Shown piece by piece: positions 1-15,182 of a stretch of DNA of 64,000 nucleotides. This stretch comes from Trichinella spiralis (Eukaryota). Each line of letters opens with the position of its first letter. Position 1 is the first letter of the stretch. The stretch lies in the NCBI RefSeq assembly GCF_000181795.1, contig NW_003526944.1:2283434-2347433 (forward strand), written 5' to 3'. The notes beneath the pieces are model-generated. The model made no database searches. It was not told the origin of the DNA and saw nothing but the letters and a program-made list of their open reading frames with translations. A program made the translations under genes and the position numbers.

Positions 1-693
1 TGCTTATTTATTTATTTTTTTTATCCTTTAGTCAGCATTGCTGGTTTAATCAAGCGTATGCTTGACGCAATTTTCCAAGCAACATTCCAAATTGTGCACA
101 TTCTTTGTTCTTTCTTAGTCGGCATTGAAAAGCAACTGGCAGGCGATTAATAAGATCTTTTCACATTTTCCTTCGAACTATTCAATTGATCGGTCATTAT
201 AATTGTGTTTATTTTGTTCGCGCTTAGCCGACGAAATTTACTTTTTCTCCCCCCGCTACTGTGATTATTATTCACTTGGCATTTTGATAAAATCTCCATC
301 AAATTATTATTATTATTCAATTAACTGGAATTTATTGTTTTATTTGTATTTATTCACGACAACAATGAAACAATAGATCCAGTGACAAGTTCTTTTCTAT
401 TCACTGTTAGTGATTGGAAAAATTGTATGTATGCAATATATAAAAGGAGCTTCATCCATCTGCGGCTTTTTATTATGGTTAGCTTTCCGCATGGCCGGAC
501 AAAAGAAAGCGATTAATTTTGTTTTATCATCATTATCACGGTTGTTCTGGACGGTTTTTTTTCAATACTGTCGCTTGTAAAACAATTTATGCTAGCATGC
601 TTTCATTGGGCAGGGTCAAAAGGCTTTTTGATCAAAAGAAGCCGCACAATGTCGTAGCTTTCTTAACGTATCAATTCCTCCGTACTAGTCTGA

Positions 694-3600
694 TTTTTTT
701 TGAACTTCCAACGGGTCATCGATCCTTCTTGTTTCTTTATAAGGATTTTTCCATTTGACCGATTCACTGATAATACAATTGCACCCTTTCATCATTATAC
801 AACTATGCACGGTTTGGCAAAAATCTGCTTTTTTTTCTTATTTCTAGTTTGAAATATTTATCTGCATGTTGGTTTGTGATGAGTTATGATAAGTAAATAA
901 ATGATAATTAAAGATGAAAAATTCACTTTGAAATGGTATAAATGTATGCAATTGTCAAGGGTATTTGGCAATTAGCAAACGATCGTCATTATCAATCCCG
1001 AGAGAGGTGATGGTGAAGATGGAAATTTCAATCACGTTGATTAGAGATAGATAGAACAGCAGAAGCAGTACTTTTGAAAATGTTTGGTCAAATTTGAATA
1101 CTTGACAATAGATTTGAATGTTGTTTGTTGTTTGGGCATGTTTCCGTTCATTGATGCTTTGCTTTTCGAAAACAGCATCCAAATTCAACCGCAGGTGAAA
1201 CGATCAGTGCTGTCAGTGGCCAGTGGTTTCCGAATCGTCGTTATTAATTATTAAGCATCGTCGACACTGAAGCTAGTGTCGGCGACCAATTGAACAACGG
1301 CTTTCGGTTTGTAGGGAATTTCATTATTAACACCGCAGGGGGATTGTAGGCTGATTGCCAATCTCACAATTTACCGCAAGCACCTAACGGAAATTTTCTA
1401 CTCAGCTTGAACACAATTGCGTTCGGCTTGTTGTCCAAAGGAGCGATTCTTTTCATTTTGTTTCCTTTTACAATCGTTTTCGTTTAACGCTGCTTGAAAG
1501 AAAATTACTACGCCAAATGCATGAATGGAACGCTTGATTGTAATCTGTATAAACAATTTTACAGCATTTAGAATATTGAATTAACAAAATTGGGCATTAC
1601 ATTTGCACAAAGATGTGCTGCTAACTGTCTTCTCCTCCAACAGACTCGACAACTAACTCAGTGTTCTTGTTTTACATATTCTATTGCAAACCAAATCAAA
1701 ATTATGCAAATTGGTGAATTGGAAAACAAAATACAATTATAGAATTTTTTGTGTTCTTTATTCTCTGCTCAAGTACTGTAATTACTTTTGTAGATTGATT
1801 TCATTTTTGTGAACTTTCTCTATTGAAAATTCAGTGAAAAAAAAGTGACAAAAAATTTGCAACATGATCACAAATGATCAACGTTTTCAGCAATGTAATA
1901 GACATTTCTAGACACATACATATGAAAAAGTAACTCTGACCGTAACCAGATAGGTACAGTATGATGATGATGATATGTAGAAATGAAATCTGAAATATTA
2001 TTATTCATTTTTGATCAAATTTCACCTTTGCTGAGCAGAATGTGACTGAATAATAGTATTTTTTCAAATTGCAACACATTTTATCAATCGTTGGACATAT
2101 TTTTTGCAAACAAAATTATGATAATTGCTTTTTGTTTTGTATTGTAAGTGGGAATAATTAAGAAATATAAAATATAATAATAGACGGTTTATTGTACACG
2201 AATGACTTGTTGGACGGCATTGTTGATGGTGAATTTCGTTTTCTTTTTTTTCTTTCCTTCATCTGCTTGCTGCTTCTATTGTCTACTGGAGAAAGGGTTT
2301 TGGAAGGGGATGTTTCAGTATTAGAAAGGGGTTTGTTTTGCTTGTTGGAAAAAGCAATAATGGTCGTTGTCTTCATTGTCGTAAAGTGACGTGAAATTGA
2401 AGAATCTGCCGGTCTATTGGCCACAATGGGGCGCCCTGTCGGTATAACGAACATTAACAGCAGTTCAGCTCGTTTCGACTCTGTGGGAACCAGCTCCTCG
2501 TAGACATTGCGGCGACAGTGGCTATTATCGTTTATGGACAAAGCCCGTCATGGGTCGTTTGAGGACGACCATTGTCCTATGGTGTGAACAGGTGGCCACT
2601 TGCCGGGTGTGCTTCAATTGACCGCGATGACCTCAATGACCATCTCGACAATGTCCAAGCTGCTTCTTATTGCCAAAAATTTTGCATTATTTTTCTCTGT
2701 ACATCTTTTTCTTTCATCGCCACCATTACCACTTACAGCACTAACGACAACAACATCGACAACAATAAACGTACACATACATATTTTAGAAAGAAAGAAT
2801 TATTATTTTTTGAAATAACAGTTCATTATTGAAAAATTCTTCGCCATTTTGCTTGGTAATGCTGGGGAGGTTTTTTTATTGAAGAAACTTTGCATTTTAC
2901 AAATTTTTTACTATTGTTAAAAGTAGCTTTTTCTTTTTCATATTTTTAACCCAAAAAAACTGTTATTGGTTTAAAAGACCGATTATTTCTTACAAAGTAA
3001 TTTGAATATTCTTATTCAAATTCAATTCTAGTAACAATTCTTAGAATATTTATGTATGTTTCGTCATGACGTTCGTTGACGTTTCTTCTTTTCATAAGCA
3101 GGAGTAAAATACTTTTCTGCTTTTTCTTTTCCACACCTTAGCAGAAAAGCGACTTTATTATGGAACTGTAGACAATTTGCATGCCTCAGGTATAAAAACT
3201 GTATTCGGGATGTTCAAGGAATAATCAAACCGAGTAAGGAAATTGCATATTTCTTTTCATTAGCATGAACGTTGTTTTGTGAAAGCATCCGATATTTCGT
3301 AGAAGTTGTGCGATGGGAAAAAAAATCACAACAACAATAGCATTATCAAAAGTGGAACGATTTATTCGTTCTTGTTGACGTAAACGAACTATAGCTAATC
3401 GTTGACTCGTGGCCGAATGCACGATGATCACATCTTCACATGGTTAATTAGGCGATAAATGAAAATATGATTTCTCATCTGATAATTTCTTTTGTACGAA
3501 ATAGAAACAGTGACATGCATCGTAATACAGGTTTTGTGTGAATTTACTTTTATTGACAATTTTTGATTTATTATAAAATTGTATTATTTATAAGTTGGAT

Positions 3601-5249
3601 TTATTTTTATCAAATAAAATGAAAATGTGATAAATGACAAGATTTTAGAAAAACGTTTTACATTATCTTAATTTCGAATCTCAAATTCAAATTTTAATTG
3701 ATTTTCATTTCCATTTATAAGTAATAATATAGAAATGAAAGAATAAGAAGGAATTATTTGTTAATAAAAATACATGAGAATGTATAAATAAAACAGGATA
3801 AAGGAAAAGCAATACATTGTGGTGGAGCTTATAATAGTAATAAATAAATAAATAAATAAATAAATTCTATAATCTGTGTGATAAGGGTTGGGCAACAAGG
3901 CGCGAATTGTACCGGTTCGTTAAAGATGCAATAAAGTGATAAGATCGTTGTACGCCATTTGCTCCTCAGCGTGGACACAATTCAATTTGGCACAAGCCCT
4001 CTTTATCTCATTAAACGCCGCTCTTTGCACTGCATACTGTAGTCAGTGCCATGGGCCAGATGTGGACAACAAGCGCTTGTTGAGATCCAATTCAGCTCTG
4101 GCGAAAGGGAGATAATTTGCAATTTTTGTCTCCGGAAATTTGCTTACATGCTTGTTAAATGAAATAGCAATCAAGAAAGCTAGCAGTCGGCTGTCGATGT
4201 GCACGATTCGATTACAACTGCTATGCGAGGAAATTGCATTACCAATTGGTAACCATTTTCAGGAGTAGAGAAGCCTCAGTTGACAGTGACGGCTATTTAG
4301 ATCAGTTAATTCTGTGCCATTGAAAACCGCATTCTGCTTGCATTGCATTGAAGAAAAATAACTCTTTAACCTTTCTGTGTTGGCGCTTTCAGAGTTTTCT
4401 TTTCAGAACACAAATTCCACGTTCATCGTATTGTTATTGATGCTTTTCAATGCAAATCTAACAATCTGCTGCTAACCACAAAAGTAGTATTGAATTCAGA
4501 AATTTTTTCATTATTATTATTACTTTTACTCATAACATTCCAGTATACTTTAACATTGTGAATGAAAATGAAATGTTTCAGTTTTGTAATTCATTTATTT
4601 ATTTATTTATTTTAGTTATAAATTTTAAAATCAAACAAGAAACTTGTTTTGTCAATATGGAAAAAGCGGATTAACCGAGTATTATTAATTTTTGCGATAA
4701 GCATTCAATTAGCTATCATTCGTTTTTAATTAAATAAGTTTTCTAAAAAGTTATTGCTTTTAAAAAAAGCTATTTTTTACGTGTAATAGAAGGATGAAAT
4801 TTTTTATTCAACAAATACAAAGTGTTTAAGCTTTATGAAGTTTGAATTGATAAGAAAAATACTGTCAGCTGCGTCCAATTATAATTGCAGTTGATATTGA
4901 AAACGCACCTAATTATGTATGGTAGCAGTGAATTAGATATTGGACGAATTTCAAATCAATACAGAATTTTCTGTTTGTTTTCTTCAGCGCGTTCGCCTTC
5001 AACAATGCGCAATTTGGTCGAAAATATTCAGAATGCGATTTTCATTTTTCAACCAAAAGCCAACTGTTCATTTAATAACAATGCCAATAAAAGCTGCATT
5101 ATTCCGTTTGTTCATGAAATTTAACGATGAAATTAGCTTCTTTCAATAAGTGCACGTTGAATTTTCTGTACAATTTTGATCCTACTTTAACGCGTTTAAA
5201 TGTACTGATTTTGACTAGAGGTATGAAATTTCGATTGCTAAAATACAGC
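694..5249 (+). repeat. Copy A of a ~4.56 kb near-identical tandem duplication
   Basis: Repeated at 5260-9827 with offset 4562-4580 (e.g. ORFs at 955 vs 5517 and 4885 vs 9465); copies are separated by a 10-N gap. Confidence 0.95.
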
Positions 5250-5259
5250 NNNNNNNNNN

Positions 5260-8200
5260 TTTTTTTTGAAACTTCCAACCGGGGTCATCGATCTTCTGTT
5301 TCTTATAAGGATTTTCATTGACGATCACTGATAATACAATTGCACCCTTTCATCATTACACAACTATGCACGGTTTGGCAAAAATCTGCTTTTTTTTTCT
5401 TATTTCTAGTTTGAAATATTTATCTGCATGTTGGTTTGTGATGAGTTATGATAAGTAAATAAATGATAATTAAAGATGAAAAATTCACTTGGAAATGGTA
5501 TAAATGTATGCAATTGTCAAGGGTATTTGACAATTAGCAAACGATCGTCATTATCAATCCCGAGAGAGGTGATGGTGAAGATGGAAATTTCAATCACGTT
5601 GATTAGAGATAGATAGAACAGCAGAAGCAGTACTTTTGAAAATGCTTGGTCAAATTTGAATACTTGACAATAGATTTGAATGTTGTTTGTTGTTTGGGCA
5701 TGTTTCCGTTCATTGATGCTTTGCTTTTCGAAAACAGCATCCAAATTCAACCGCAGGTGAAACGATCAGTGCTGTCAGTGGCCAGTGGTTTCCGAATCGT
5801 CGTTATTAATTATTAAGCATCGTCGACACTGAACCTAGTGTCGGCGACCAATTGAACAACGGCTTTCGGTTTGTAGGGAATTTCATTATTAACACCGCAG
5901 GGGGATTGTAGGCTGATTGCCAATCTCACAATTTACCGCAAGCACCTAACGGAAATTTTCTACTCAGCTTGAACACAATTGCGTTCGGCTTGTTGTCCAA
6001 AGGAGCGATTCTTTTCATTTTGTTTCCTTTTACAATCGTTTTCGTTTAACGCTGCTTGAAAGAAAATTACTACGCCAAATGCATGAATGGAACGCTTGAT
6101 TGTAATCTGTATAAACAATTTTACAGCATTTAGAATATTGAATTAACAAAATTGGGCATTACATTTGCACAAAGATGTGCTGCTAACTGTCTTCTTTTCC
6201 AACAGACTCATTGCATCCACTGACAACTAACTCAGCGACAACTTGTTTTACATATTCTATTGCAAACCAAATCAAAATTATGCAAATTGGTGAATTGGAA
6301 AACAAAATACAATTATAGAATTTTTTGTGTTCTTTATTCTCTGCTCAAGTACTGTAATTACTTTTGTAGATTGATTTCATTTTTGTGAACTTTCTCTATT
6401 GAAAATTCAGTGAAAAAAAAGTGACAAAAAATTTGCAACATGATCACAAATGATCAACGTTTTCAGCAATGTAATAGACATTTCTAGACACATACATATG
6501 AAAAAGTAACTCTGACCGTAACCAGATAGGTACAGTATGATGATGATGATATGTAGAAATGAAATCTGAAATATTATTATTCATTTTTGATCAAATTTCA
6601 CCTTTGCTGAGCAGAATGTGACTGAATAATAGTATTTTTTCAAATTGCAACACATTTTATCAATCGTTGGACATATTTTTTGCAAACAAAATTATGATAA
6701 TTGCTTTTTGTTTTGTATTGTAAGTGGGAATAATTAAGAAATATAAAATATAATAATAGACGGTTTATTGTACACGAATGACTTGTTGGACCGGCATTCT
6801 TGCTGCTGAATTTCGTTTTCCTTTTTTTCTTTCCCTCATCTGCTTGCTGCTTCTATTGTCTACTGGAGAAAGGGTTTTGGAAGGGGATGTTTCAGTATTA
6901 GAAAGGGGTTTGTTTTGCTTGTTGGAAAAAGCAATAATGGTCGTTGTCTTCATTGTCGTAAAGTGACGTGAAATTGAAGAATCTGCCGGTCTATTGGCCA
7001 CAATGGGGCGCCCTGTCGGTATAACGAACATTAACAGCAGTTCAGCTCGTTTCGACTCTGTGGGAACCAGCTCCTCGTAGACATTGCGGCGACAGTGGCT
7101 ATTATCGTTTATGGACAAAGCCCGTCATGGGTCGTTTGAGGACGACCATTGTCCTATGGTGTGAACAGGTGGCCACTTGCCGGGTGTGCTTCAATTGACC
7201 GCGATGACCTCAATGACCATCTCGACAATGTCCAAGCTGCTTCTTATTGCCAAAAATTTTGCATTATTTTTCTCTGTACATCTTTTTCTTTCATCGCCAC
7301 CATTACCACTTACAGCACTAACGACAACAACATCGACAACAATAAACGTACACATACATATTTTAGAAAGAAAGAATTATTATTTTTTGATATAACAGTT
7401 CATTATTGAAAAATTCTTCGCCATTTTGCTTGGTAATGCTGGGGAGGTTTTTTTATTGAAGAAACTTTGCATTTTACAAATTTTTTACTATTGTTAAAAG
7501 TAGCTTTTTCTTTTTCATATTTTTAACCCAAAAAAATTGTTATTGGTTTAAAAGACTGATTATTTCTTACAAAGTAATTTGAATATTCTTATTCAAATTC
7601 AATTCTAGTAACAATTCTTAGAATATTTATGTATGTTTCATCATGACGTTCGTTGACGTTTCTTCTTTTCATAAGCAGGAGTAAAATACTTTTCCGCTTT
7701 TTCTTTTCCACACCTTAGCAGAAAAGCGACTTCATTATGGAACTGTAGACAATTTGCATGCCTCAGGTATAAAAACTCTATTCGGGATGTTCAAAGAATA
7801 ATCAAACCGAGTAAGGAAATTGCATATTCCTTTTCATTAGCATGAACGTTGTTTTGTGAAAGCATCCGATATTTCGTAGAAGTTGTGCGATGGGAAAAAA
7901 AATCACAACAACAATAGCATTATCAAAAGTGGAACGATTTATTCGTTCTTGTTGACGTAAACGAACTATAGCTAATCGTTGACTCGTGGCCGAATGCACG
8001 ATGATCACATCTTCACATGGTTAATTAGGCGATAAATGAAAATATGATTTCTCATCTGATAATTTCTTTTGTACGAAATAGAAACAGTGACATGCATCGT
8101 AATACAGGTTTTGTGTGAATTTATTTTTATTGACAATTTTTGATTTATTATAAAATTGTATTATTTATAAGTTGGATCTATTTTTATCAAATAAAATGAA

Positions 8201-9827
8201 AATGTGATAAATGACAAGATTTTAGAAAAACGTTTTACATTATCTTAATTTCGAATCTCAAATTCAAATTTTAATTGATTTTCATTTCCATTTATAAGTA
8301 ATAATATAGAAATGAAAGAATAAGAAGGAATTATTTGTTAATAAAAATACATGAGAATGTATAAATAAAACAGGATAAAGGAAAAGCAATACATTGTGGT
8401 GGAGCTTATAATAGTAATAAATAAATAAATAAATAAATAAATTCTATAATCTGTGTGATAAGGGTTGGGCAACAAGGCGCGAATTGTACCGGTTCGTTAA
8501 AGATGCAATAAAGTGATAAGATCGTTGTACGCCATTTGCTCCTCAGCGTGGACACAATTCAATTTGGCACAAGCCCTCTTTATCTCATTAAACGCCGCTC
8601 TTTGCACTGCATACTGTAGTCAGTGCCATGGGCCAGATGTGGACAACAAGCGCTTGTTGAGATCCAATTCAGCTCTGGCGAAAGGGAGATAATTTGCAAT
8701 TTTTGTCTCCGGAAATTTGCTTACATGCTTGTTAAATGAAATAGCAATCAAGAAAGCTAGCAGTCGGTTGTCGATGTGCACGATTCGATTACAACTGCTA
8801 TGCGAGGAAATTGCATTACCAATTGGTAACCATTTTCAGGAGTAGAGAAGCCTCAGTTGACAGTGACGGCTATTTAGATCAGTTAATTCTGTGCCATTGA
8901 AAACCGCATTCTGCTTGCATTGCATTGAAGAAAAATAACTCTTTAACCTTTCTGTGTTGGCGCTTTCAGAGTTTTCTTTGCAGAACACAAATTCCACGTT
9001 CATCTTATTGTTATTGATGCTTTTCAATGCAAATCTAACAATCTGCTGCTAACCACAAAAGTAGTATTGAATTCAGAAATTTTATTATTATTATTATTAT
9101 TACTTTTACTCATAACATTCCAGTATACTTTAACACTGTGAATGAAAATGAAATGTTTCAGTTTTGTAATTCATTTATTTATTTATTTATTTTAGTTATA
9201 ACTTTTAAAATCAAACAAGAAACTTGTTTTGTCAATATGGAAAAAGCGGATTAACCGAGTATTATTAATTTTTGCGATAAGCATTCAATTAGCTATCATT
9301 CGTTTTTAATTAAATAAGTTTTCTAAAAAGTTATTGCTTTTAAAAAAAGCTATTTTTTACGTGTAATAGAAGGATGAAATTTTTTATTCAACAAATACAA
9401 AGTGTTTAAGCTTTATGAAGTTTGAATTGATAAGAAAAATACTGTCAGCTGCGTCCAATTATAATTGCAGTTGATATTGAAAACGCACCTAATTATGTAT
9501 GGTAGCAGTGAATTAGATATTGGACGAATTTCAAATCAATACAGAATTTTCTGTTTGTTTTCTTCAGCGCGTTCGCCTTCAACAATGCGCAATTTGGTCG
9601 AAAATATTCAGAATGCGATTTTCATTTTTCAACCAAAAGCCAACTGTTCATTTAATAACAATGCCAATAAAAGCTGCATTATTCCGTTTGTTCATGAAAT
9701 TTAACGATGAAATTAGCTTCTTTCAATAAGTGCACGTTGAATTTTCTGTACAATTTTGATCCAATTTAACGCGTTTAAATTTACTGATTTTGACTAGAGG
9801 AATGAAATTTCGATTGCTAAATACAGC
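5260..9827 (+). repeat. Copy B of the ~4.56 kb tandem duplication
   Basis: Nearly identical to 694-5249, with scattered SNPs and small indels (e.g. an extra ~15 nt near 6209). Confidence 0.95.
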
Positions 9828-10971
9828 ATCGCTTTATTATGGTTAGCACCGATTGACCCTTCACAATAGCATAATTGTTCATGCTTGCTTGTGCAACAAG
9901 TTGTTTATTTTTTTTCTTTTTACTTCTACACGGCATTTGATTTCACTTTTTATTCTCTTATGAATACAATTGAGCTTAGTAGTTTATGCAAAATGAGCAG
10001 ACGGTCATCACTTTGTTACACTGGATCAAATTTCAGTTTCTACGCTCATGCACATTAACATGTGACCGTGTTTATTACGAATTATAGATCAAATTTATTC
10101 TGGACAAATGAAGCAGTGTAATAGCAATTTATTAAATCAATGGAGCATCAATAAACAGTTTTCCTTGTAAAATATTTATAATTACACTGCTTTCTCAAAG
10201 TGAATTTTTCAAAACAACACCTTTTATTCACGTTCAAACTCTGATAATTCTACTACTTAGAACTTCTTTGAATAAAGGCTTATATATTAAGTAAATTTTG
10301 CCATCTTTGCAAACGTTTACAGCATATAACTGAATAAATATTCTTTAAGAAAAAAATATTAAAATAAATAAATTTTAATCATGTGATTTTAGTTGTACAT
10401 TATTTCATTTTAATTATAACTGAAACAAATGTTTATTGTTTTGAATAAATTTGACAACTTAAACATCCCTTTATTACAGTAAGGCTATTCTTTTCACGTT
10501 CTGCATAGATTAGCATTAGCAGGGAAAGGGAGAACTGCAGAACACTGATTTATAGCTTATATTAAATGTATTTATTGTTGTATTAATTTATTATTAAATG
10601 ATAATCGGAATAATAATTCATTTTGTGAAAGTTATAAAGCGTTTATGAATACTTTGCAAATGAAATTAAAAATCATTTAATTTTTTGAACAGCTTTTCTT
10701 CACTTTGAACTTGAATTTTAAAGTGTCGCAGTTCAATATGGCATATTCAGTATTTGCATCAACTTTAAATGTCAAGCTTGATTTCTTGTAAATTTCTTTT
10801 ACAGTATCAATATTAAAATCGATACTAGTCGTTGTTGTTTGCTTAATTTTGACGTTGGTTGTGTTTGTCGTAGCGGCTTTGTTTAATATGACACTTTGAC
10901 AATTCTGAAGTGTTTATGTGAATTTCAATATCCATATTTTAATATGTTTTTGATTTCAGTTTACAGCTGTC

Positions 10972-11812
10972 ATGGTAAATTGCCTCCGTATGTGCTTAGA
11001 ATGTGTTCAAGGCCCAAGTTTCTTCGGTACGAATCATGTTCGTTTGCATGATGTTGCCAGCATATGCTTGGATTCAGAAAGAAGCGGTTAGCAGTGTTGA
11101 AAGTAGATAGTTGAATGCATTGTTGTTATTTGAAATTTTTATATCAGGAGAAAATGTTGTTTTGTTGAAAGACAGTACACGAATATGCGGTTCTGGAGCT
11201 TCACTTTGCACTGCACCTTTACTTCAAGACAACTCTTATTTTGAAATTAAAATTCAGCAAGCAGGTTAATTTCGAAATTTCAGTTGTAATGCAGTATTGT
11301 AGAGTTTAATTCTATTGATCATTGGTCAGGTTCGTGGGGAGTTGGAGTTGCTTCACCTGATGTCGACTTAAATCGTATTCCTCTCGGTAAAGACATGAAA
11401 TCTTGTGTTTTGCGTTGCGATGGAAAGGTTTATCGAAATGATCAAGTCGTCTGTGAAAAGCAGTTGCTGGTGGAAGAAGGCGATCACGTGGTATGATTGT
11501 TTATATTCTTTAGCGAATGATGTTTTTTCTTAATTATGAATCATTTAATTTTTAAGCGAATTGCTTACAATCATGTAGATTTGCAGTTTGCTATTAATGA
11601 TTCAAACGACTGGATATCAACCCCTGCAATGAAGGGTGTTGTTGTCTTTCCAGTTGTTTATGGTATGTAGATTTTGTTAATATTCGAAATTGTTAAATGC
11701 TTGCATTTTTTTAGCGGATGATGGTGCTATAATTGATGTATCTTTTTCTGAATTCAACTGTCCACCACCGGATAGATATCAACCAATTCTTTTGGAACAA
11801 TCACTTTTGTAA
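10972..11812 (+). CDS. SPRYD7: SPRY domain-containing protein 7 (5 exons)
   Basis: Spliced translation MVNCLRMCLEC...GENVVLLKDSTRICGSGASLCTAPLLQDNSYFEIKIQQAGSWGVGVA...RIPLGKDMKS...VFPVVYADDGAIIDVSFSEFNCPPPDRYQPILLEQSLL* follows SPRYD7 end to end; GT-AG introns preserve the frame. Confidence 0.9.
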
Positions 11813-12592
11813 TTTCAAACTTATGTCAGTATGATTTTGTCACTTGTGAAAAGTTGTATTGTTAAACAATTTGTCAGAATTGTTTAATAAACTTTCATAT
11901 TATCCCGGAAAATATGTTATGGTTATCTTTTTTTATTGTTGAGATCGAATTTAAATTGTGCATGTTCATTTATTTATTTCATTTTAAAGTATATTTTCTT
12001 TAGTTGCCTGCCTATATCATTGCATAAATATCAATTGTTGGTTTTGCAAAGAGTGACAATGACGATAAATTGTTTTTATTACAGAATTTATGCGTACACT
12101 TTAGGTGTCAGCACAAGATAATGATCACTTATAAGCGTAGTCAATTTTGCAGCTTTAAAATCCAGCAACTCAGCATAGATCAACAACAGTAGTCATCAGT
12201 AAGCAAAATGAAAGTAAAAATGTTACTGTACTTTATCATTATTATCAATATGTTGTTTTATTTAAAAAATTTACATTGAATTTGGTCTGCATTATTATTT
12301 CAGCTACTGTTGCATGCAATTTGTTTTAAACTATTCGTGTTCAACGTGTATTGCATGTTAAAATACGTTGTAAATTCCACACGACAAACATGTGAATATT
12401 AAATTTAAATTATTTTTTGTGTAAAAAATTTATTTACTTTACAAGTAATGATGCAATACTGTAGTTGAATGAATAAGAACCTGCATTTCTTGTATATACG
12501 CACACGTGATTTTGCTTGACTATTTATATCAGCTGCGGTTGTTACTTAACTTTTTCGCGGAGGGAAATATTTAATATTATACTTAGATATTG

Positions 12593-15182
12593 ATGTTTCG
12601 CCTTACAAAATTGTATGCCTTGACGCCGTCATTTCGTTATATATTGTCTTCTGGATCCGTGGCCTGTCGAGGTGAAAGCACCATTGGCCAGACCATCGCT
12701 GTGAAGCATAAAATTGAAGCTAAACGAAAACAGTCCCTCCTAGGAGGTGGTGAAAAGCGAATCGATGCACAACACAAACGAGTACGTTACAGTTTATTTA
12801 TTATGTTTTTTAATGGGGATATTGAATTTTTTTTTGATATGAATAATTTCCTTGTCTACATTTATATGCAATTAGGGAAAGTTGACCGCCAGAGAACGTA
12901 TCGAACTTCTTTTTGATCCAAACTCATTTGTTGAATACGATGCTTTTGCGGAACACAATTGTACAGAGTTTGGCATGGAGAAGAATAAAGTGCGTTGAAC
13001 GTGTTGTTTGGTTTTGCTGTCGTGCAATTTTATCACGTTCGTTATTCAAATAGAAACTTTTCAGGTTCCCGGTGACAGTGTAATCACAGGATGGGGAAAA
13101 ATTTACGGGCGACCGTGCTTCGTGTTCAGTCAAGACTTTACAGTATTTGGTGGTAGTTTATCGAAAATTCACGCGCAAAAAATTTGCAAAGTATAAATGA
13201 AAAATGAAGCATCTGCTGAATGAATGAATGATTAATGATTAAATTTTTGACAAAGGTGATGGATCAAGCAATGACGGTTGGCGCGCCTGTGATCGGTTTG
13301 AACGACTCTGGTGGTGCACGCATTCAAGAAGGTGTCGATTCTTTGTGTGGTTATTCAGACATATTTTTGGTAATCAATAATTTTATGAATTTTTGTGATT
13401 AATTAGTAGTATATTTTGTTGCACTTTATCAGAGAAATACTCTGGCATCGGGAGTAATTCCTCAGATTAGTGTAATTATGGGACCATGTGCAGGAGGGGC
13501 AGTCTATTCGCCGGCATTGACAGATTTTGTATTCATGGTTCGAAATACAAGCTATTTGTTTATTACTGGCCCTGAAGTTGTGAAGGTATTTGTTGTTTTT
13601 ATTGTAAAGGAAGATTAAAAGATGTTAATGAAGATTGTACCACATAGGCTGTTACCAATGAAGATGTCACTCAAGAGGAACTCGGTGGCGCCAAGACGCA
13701 TACCACTTTGTCCGGTAAGTAGTCAAACGTATTTGAAAAAGCAGTGTTGCGTCTTCAATGAGTTTTTTTTATTTATAGGTGTTGCTCACGGAGCCTTCGA
13801 CAACGACATTGAAATGTTATTACATTTGAGGGAATTTATGACTTTTTTACCGTTGAACAATCGTGAACCTGCGCCACTACGTCCAACTGATGATACTTGG
13901 TAATGATTGCTGTGATGCTTAATATGTGAAACGTATATTTCAATTAATTATTGTTTTGTCTGTTTCAAGGGATCGTGATGTTCCAAGCTTGCAAACGGTC
14001 GTTCCTTTGGAAAGCACTGCAGCGTACAACATGCTGGATGTCATTTACAGCGTATAGCGTTTTTTAAATTAAATCTTGCGTGCAGCAGTAGCATACAGAT
14101 TTAAATTGTTGCACGAGTTGAAAAGTAAACAACAAATTGTGTATTTATATTATTTTAGCTTGTCGATGAAAATGAATTTTTTGAAATTCGACCGTATGAC
14201 GGTAAAAGTATCGTCGTTGGTTTTGCTCGAATGAATGGACGAACCGTTGGTATTGTGGCCAACAATCCAAAGTTTGCTGCTGGTATGATAATGTTATGTG
14301 GAAAAAGTGTTTGTTAATTTTGGTTTTTTTTGCTCTAAATTTCATTCTCGTAATTTAATTTAATTTTACTTCTTTTGTTTTCTGTATATATTTTACTTAA
14401 TTTATATGTTTTGAATAGTATGTAGTGTCACATTTTATTAAAGGTTGCCTTGATGTTACTTCATCTGTGAAAGGAGCGAGATTTGTTCGATTCTGCGATT
14501 CGTTCAACATTCCATTAATTACCCTAGTCGATGTTCCTGGATTTTTGCCTGGAACCGCACAAGAATACGGAGGTATCATTCGTCACGGGGCAAAGTTGAT
14601 TTACGCTTATTCTGAAGCAACAGTACCGAAAATAACGATCATTACTCGAAAGGTAGAGAGGTTAATTGATTTGCATACTTCTATATATGCATATAGGAAT
14701 AACTAATTATTTTAATAATAAATGAAAGTTGTTTACAAGTAGTATACATTCATTATTAGTACCAACTATGTGTTTGTTGTTTTCAAGGCCTACGGTGGTG
14801 CATATTGCGTAATGAGCAGTAAGCATTTGCGAGGAGATGTCAACTATTGTTGGCCAACTGCTGAAGTAGCTGTGATGGGTTCTAAAGGTGCTGTGCAGAT
14901 TCTTTTCCGAGGTGACGAGGATGTGGCCAGTCGAGAAAAAGAATACGTTGAACTTTTCAGCAATCCTTTTCCAGCTGCAGTTCGAGGTTTTAATTTTTTT
15001 TCAAATCTGTTTATTTTCTTCTCTATTTTGATTGAATTGATATTTACTTTCAAAATTTAGGATATATTGATGACATTATTGAACCGAAAACAACTAGACG
15101 TCGCATATGCCGTGATTTAGAATTGCTGGCTAGCAAGAAGCAAAGTAATCCGTGGAAAAAGCACGGCAACATTCCACTTTGA
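12593..15182 (+). CDS. PCCB: Propionyl-CoA carboxylase beta chain, mitochondrial (multi-exon)
   Basis: Motifs [102 protein letters not shown] and C-terminal [10 protein letters not shown]. The N-terminus resembles a mitochondrial presequence. Confidence 0.97.

Noticed and set aside
2158..2832. Short ORFs on both strands (and duplicates at 6765-7409)
   Set aside because: No recognisable motifs, no consistent exon chain, and the frame differs between copies.
3920..4450. Minus-strand frame of ~175 codons interrupted only by three TGA codons, one of which is TGC in copy B (selenoprotein idea)
   Set aside because: No selenoprotein motif or SECIS recognised; two of the TGAs are complements of common TTTCAG tracts, so chance is adequate.
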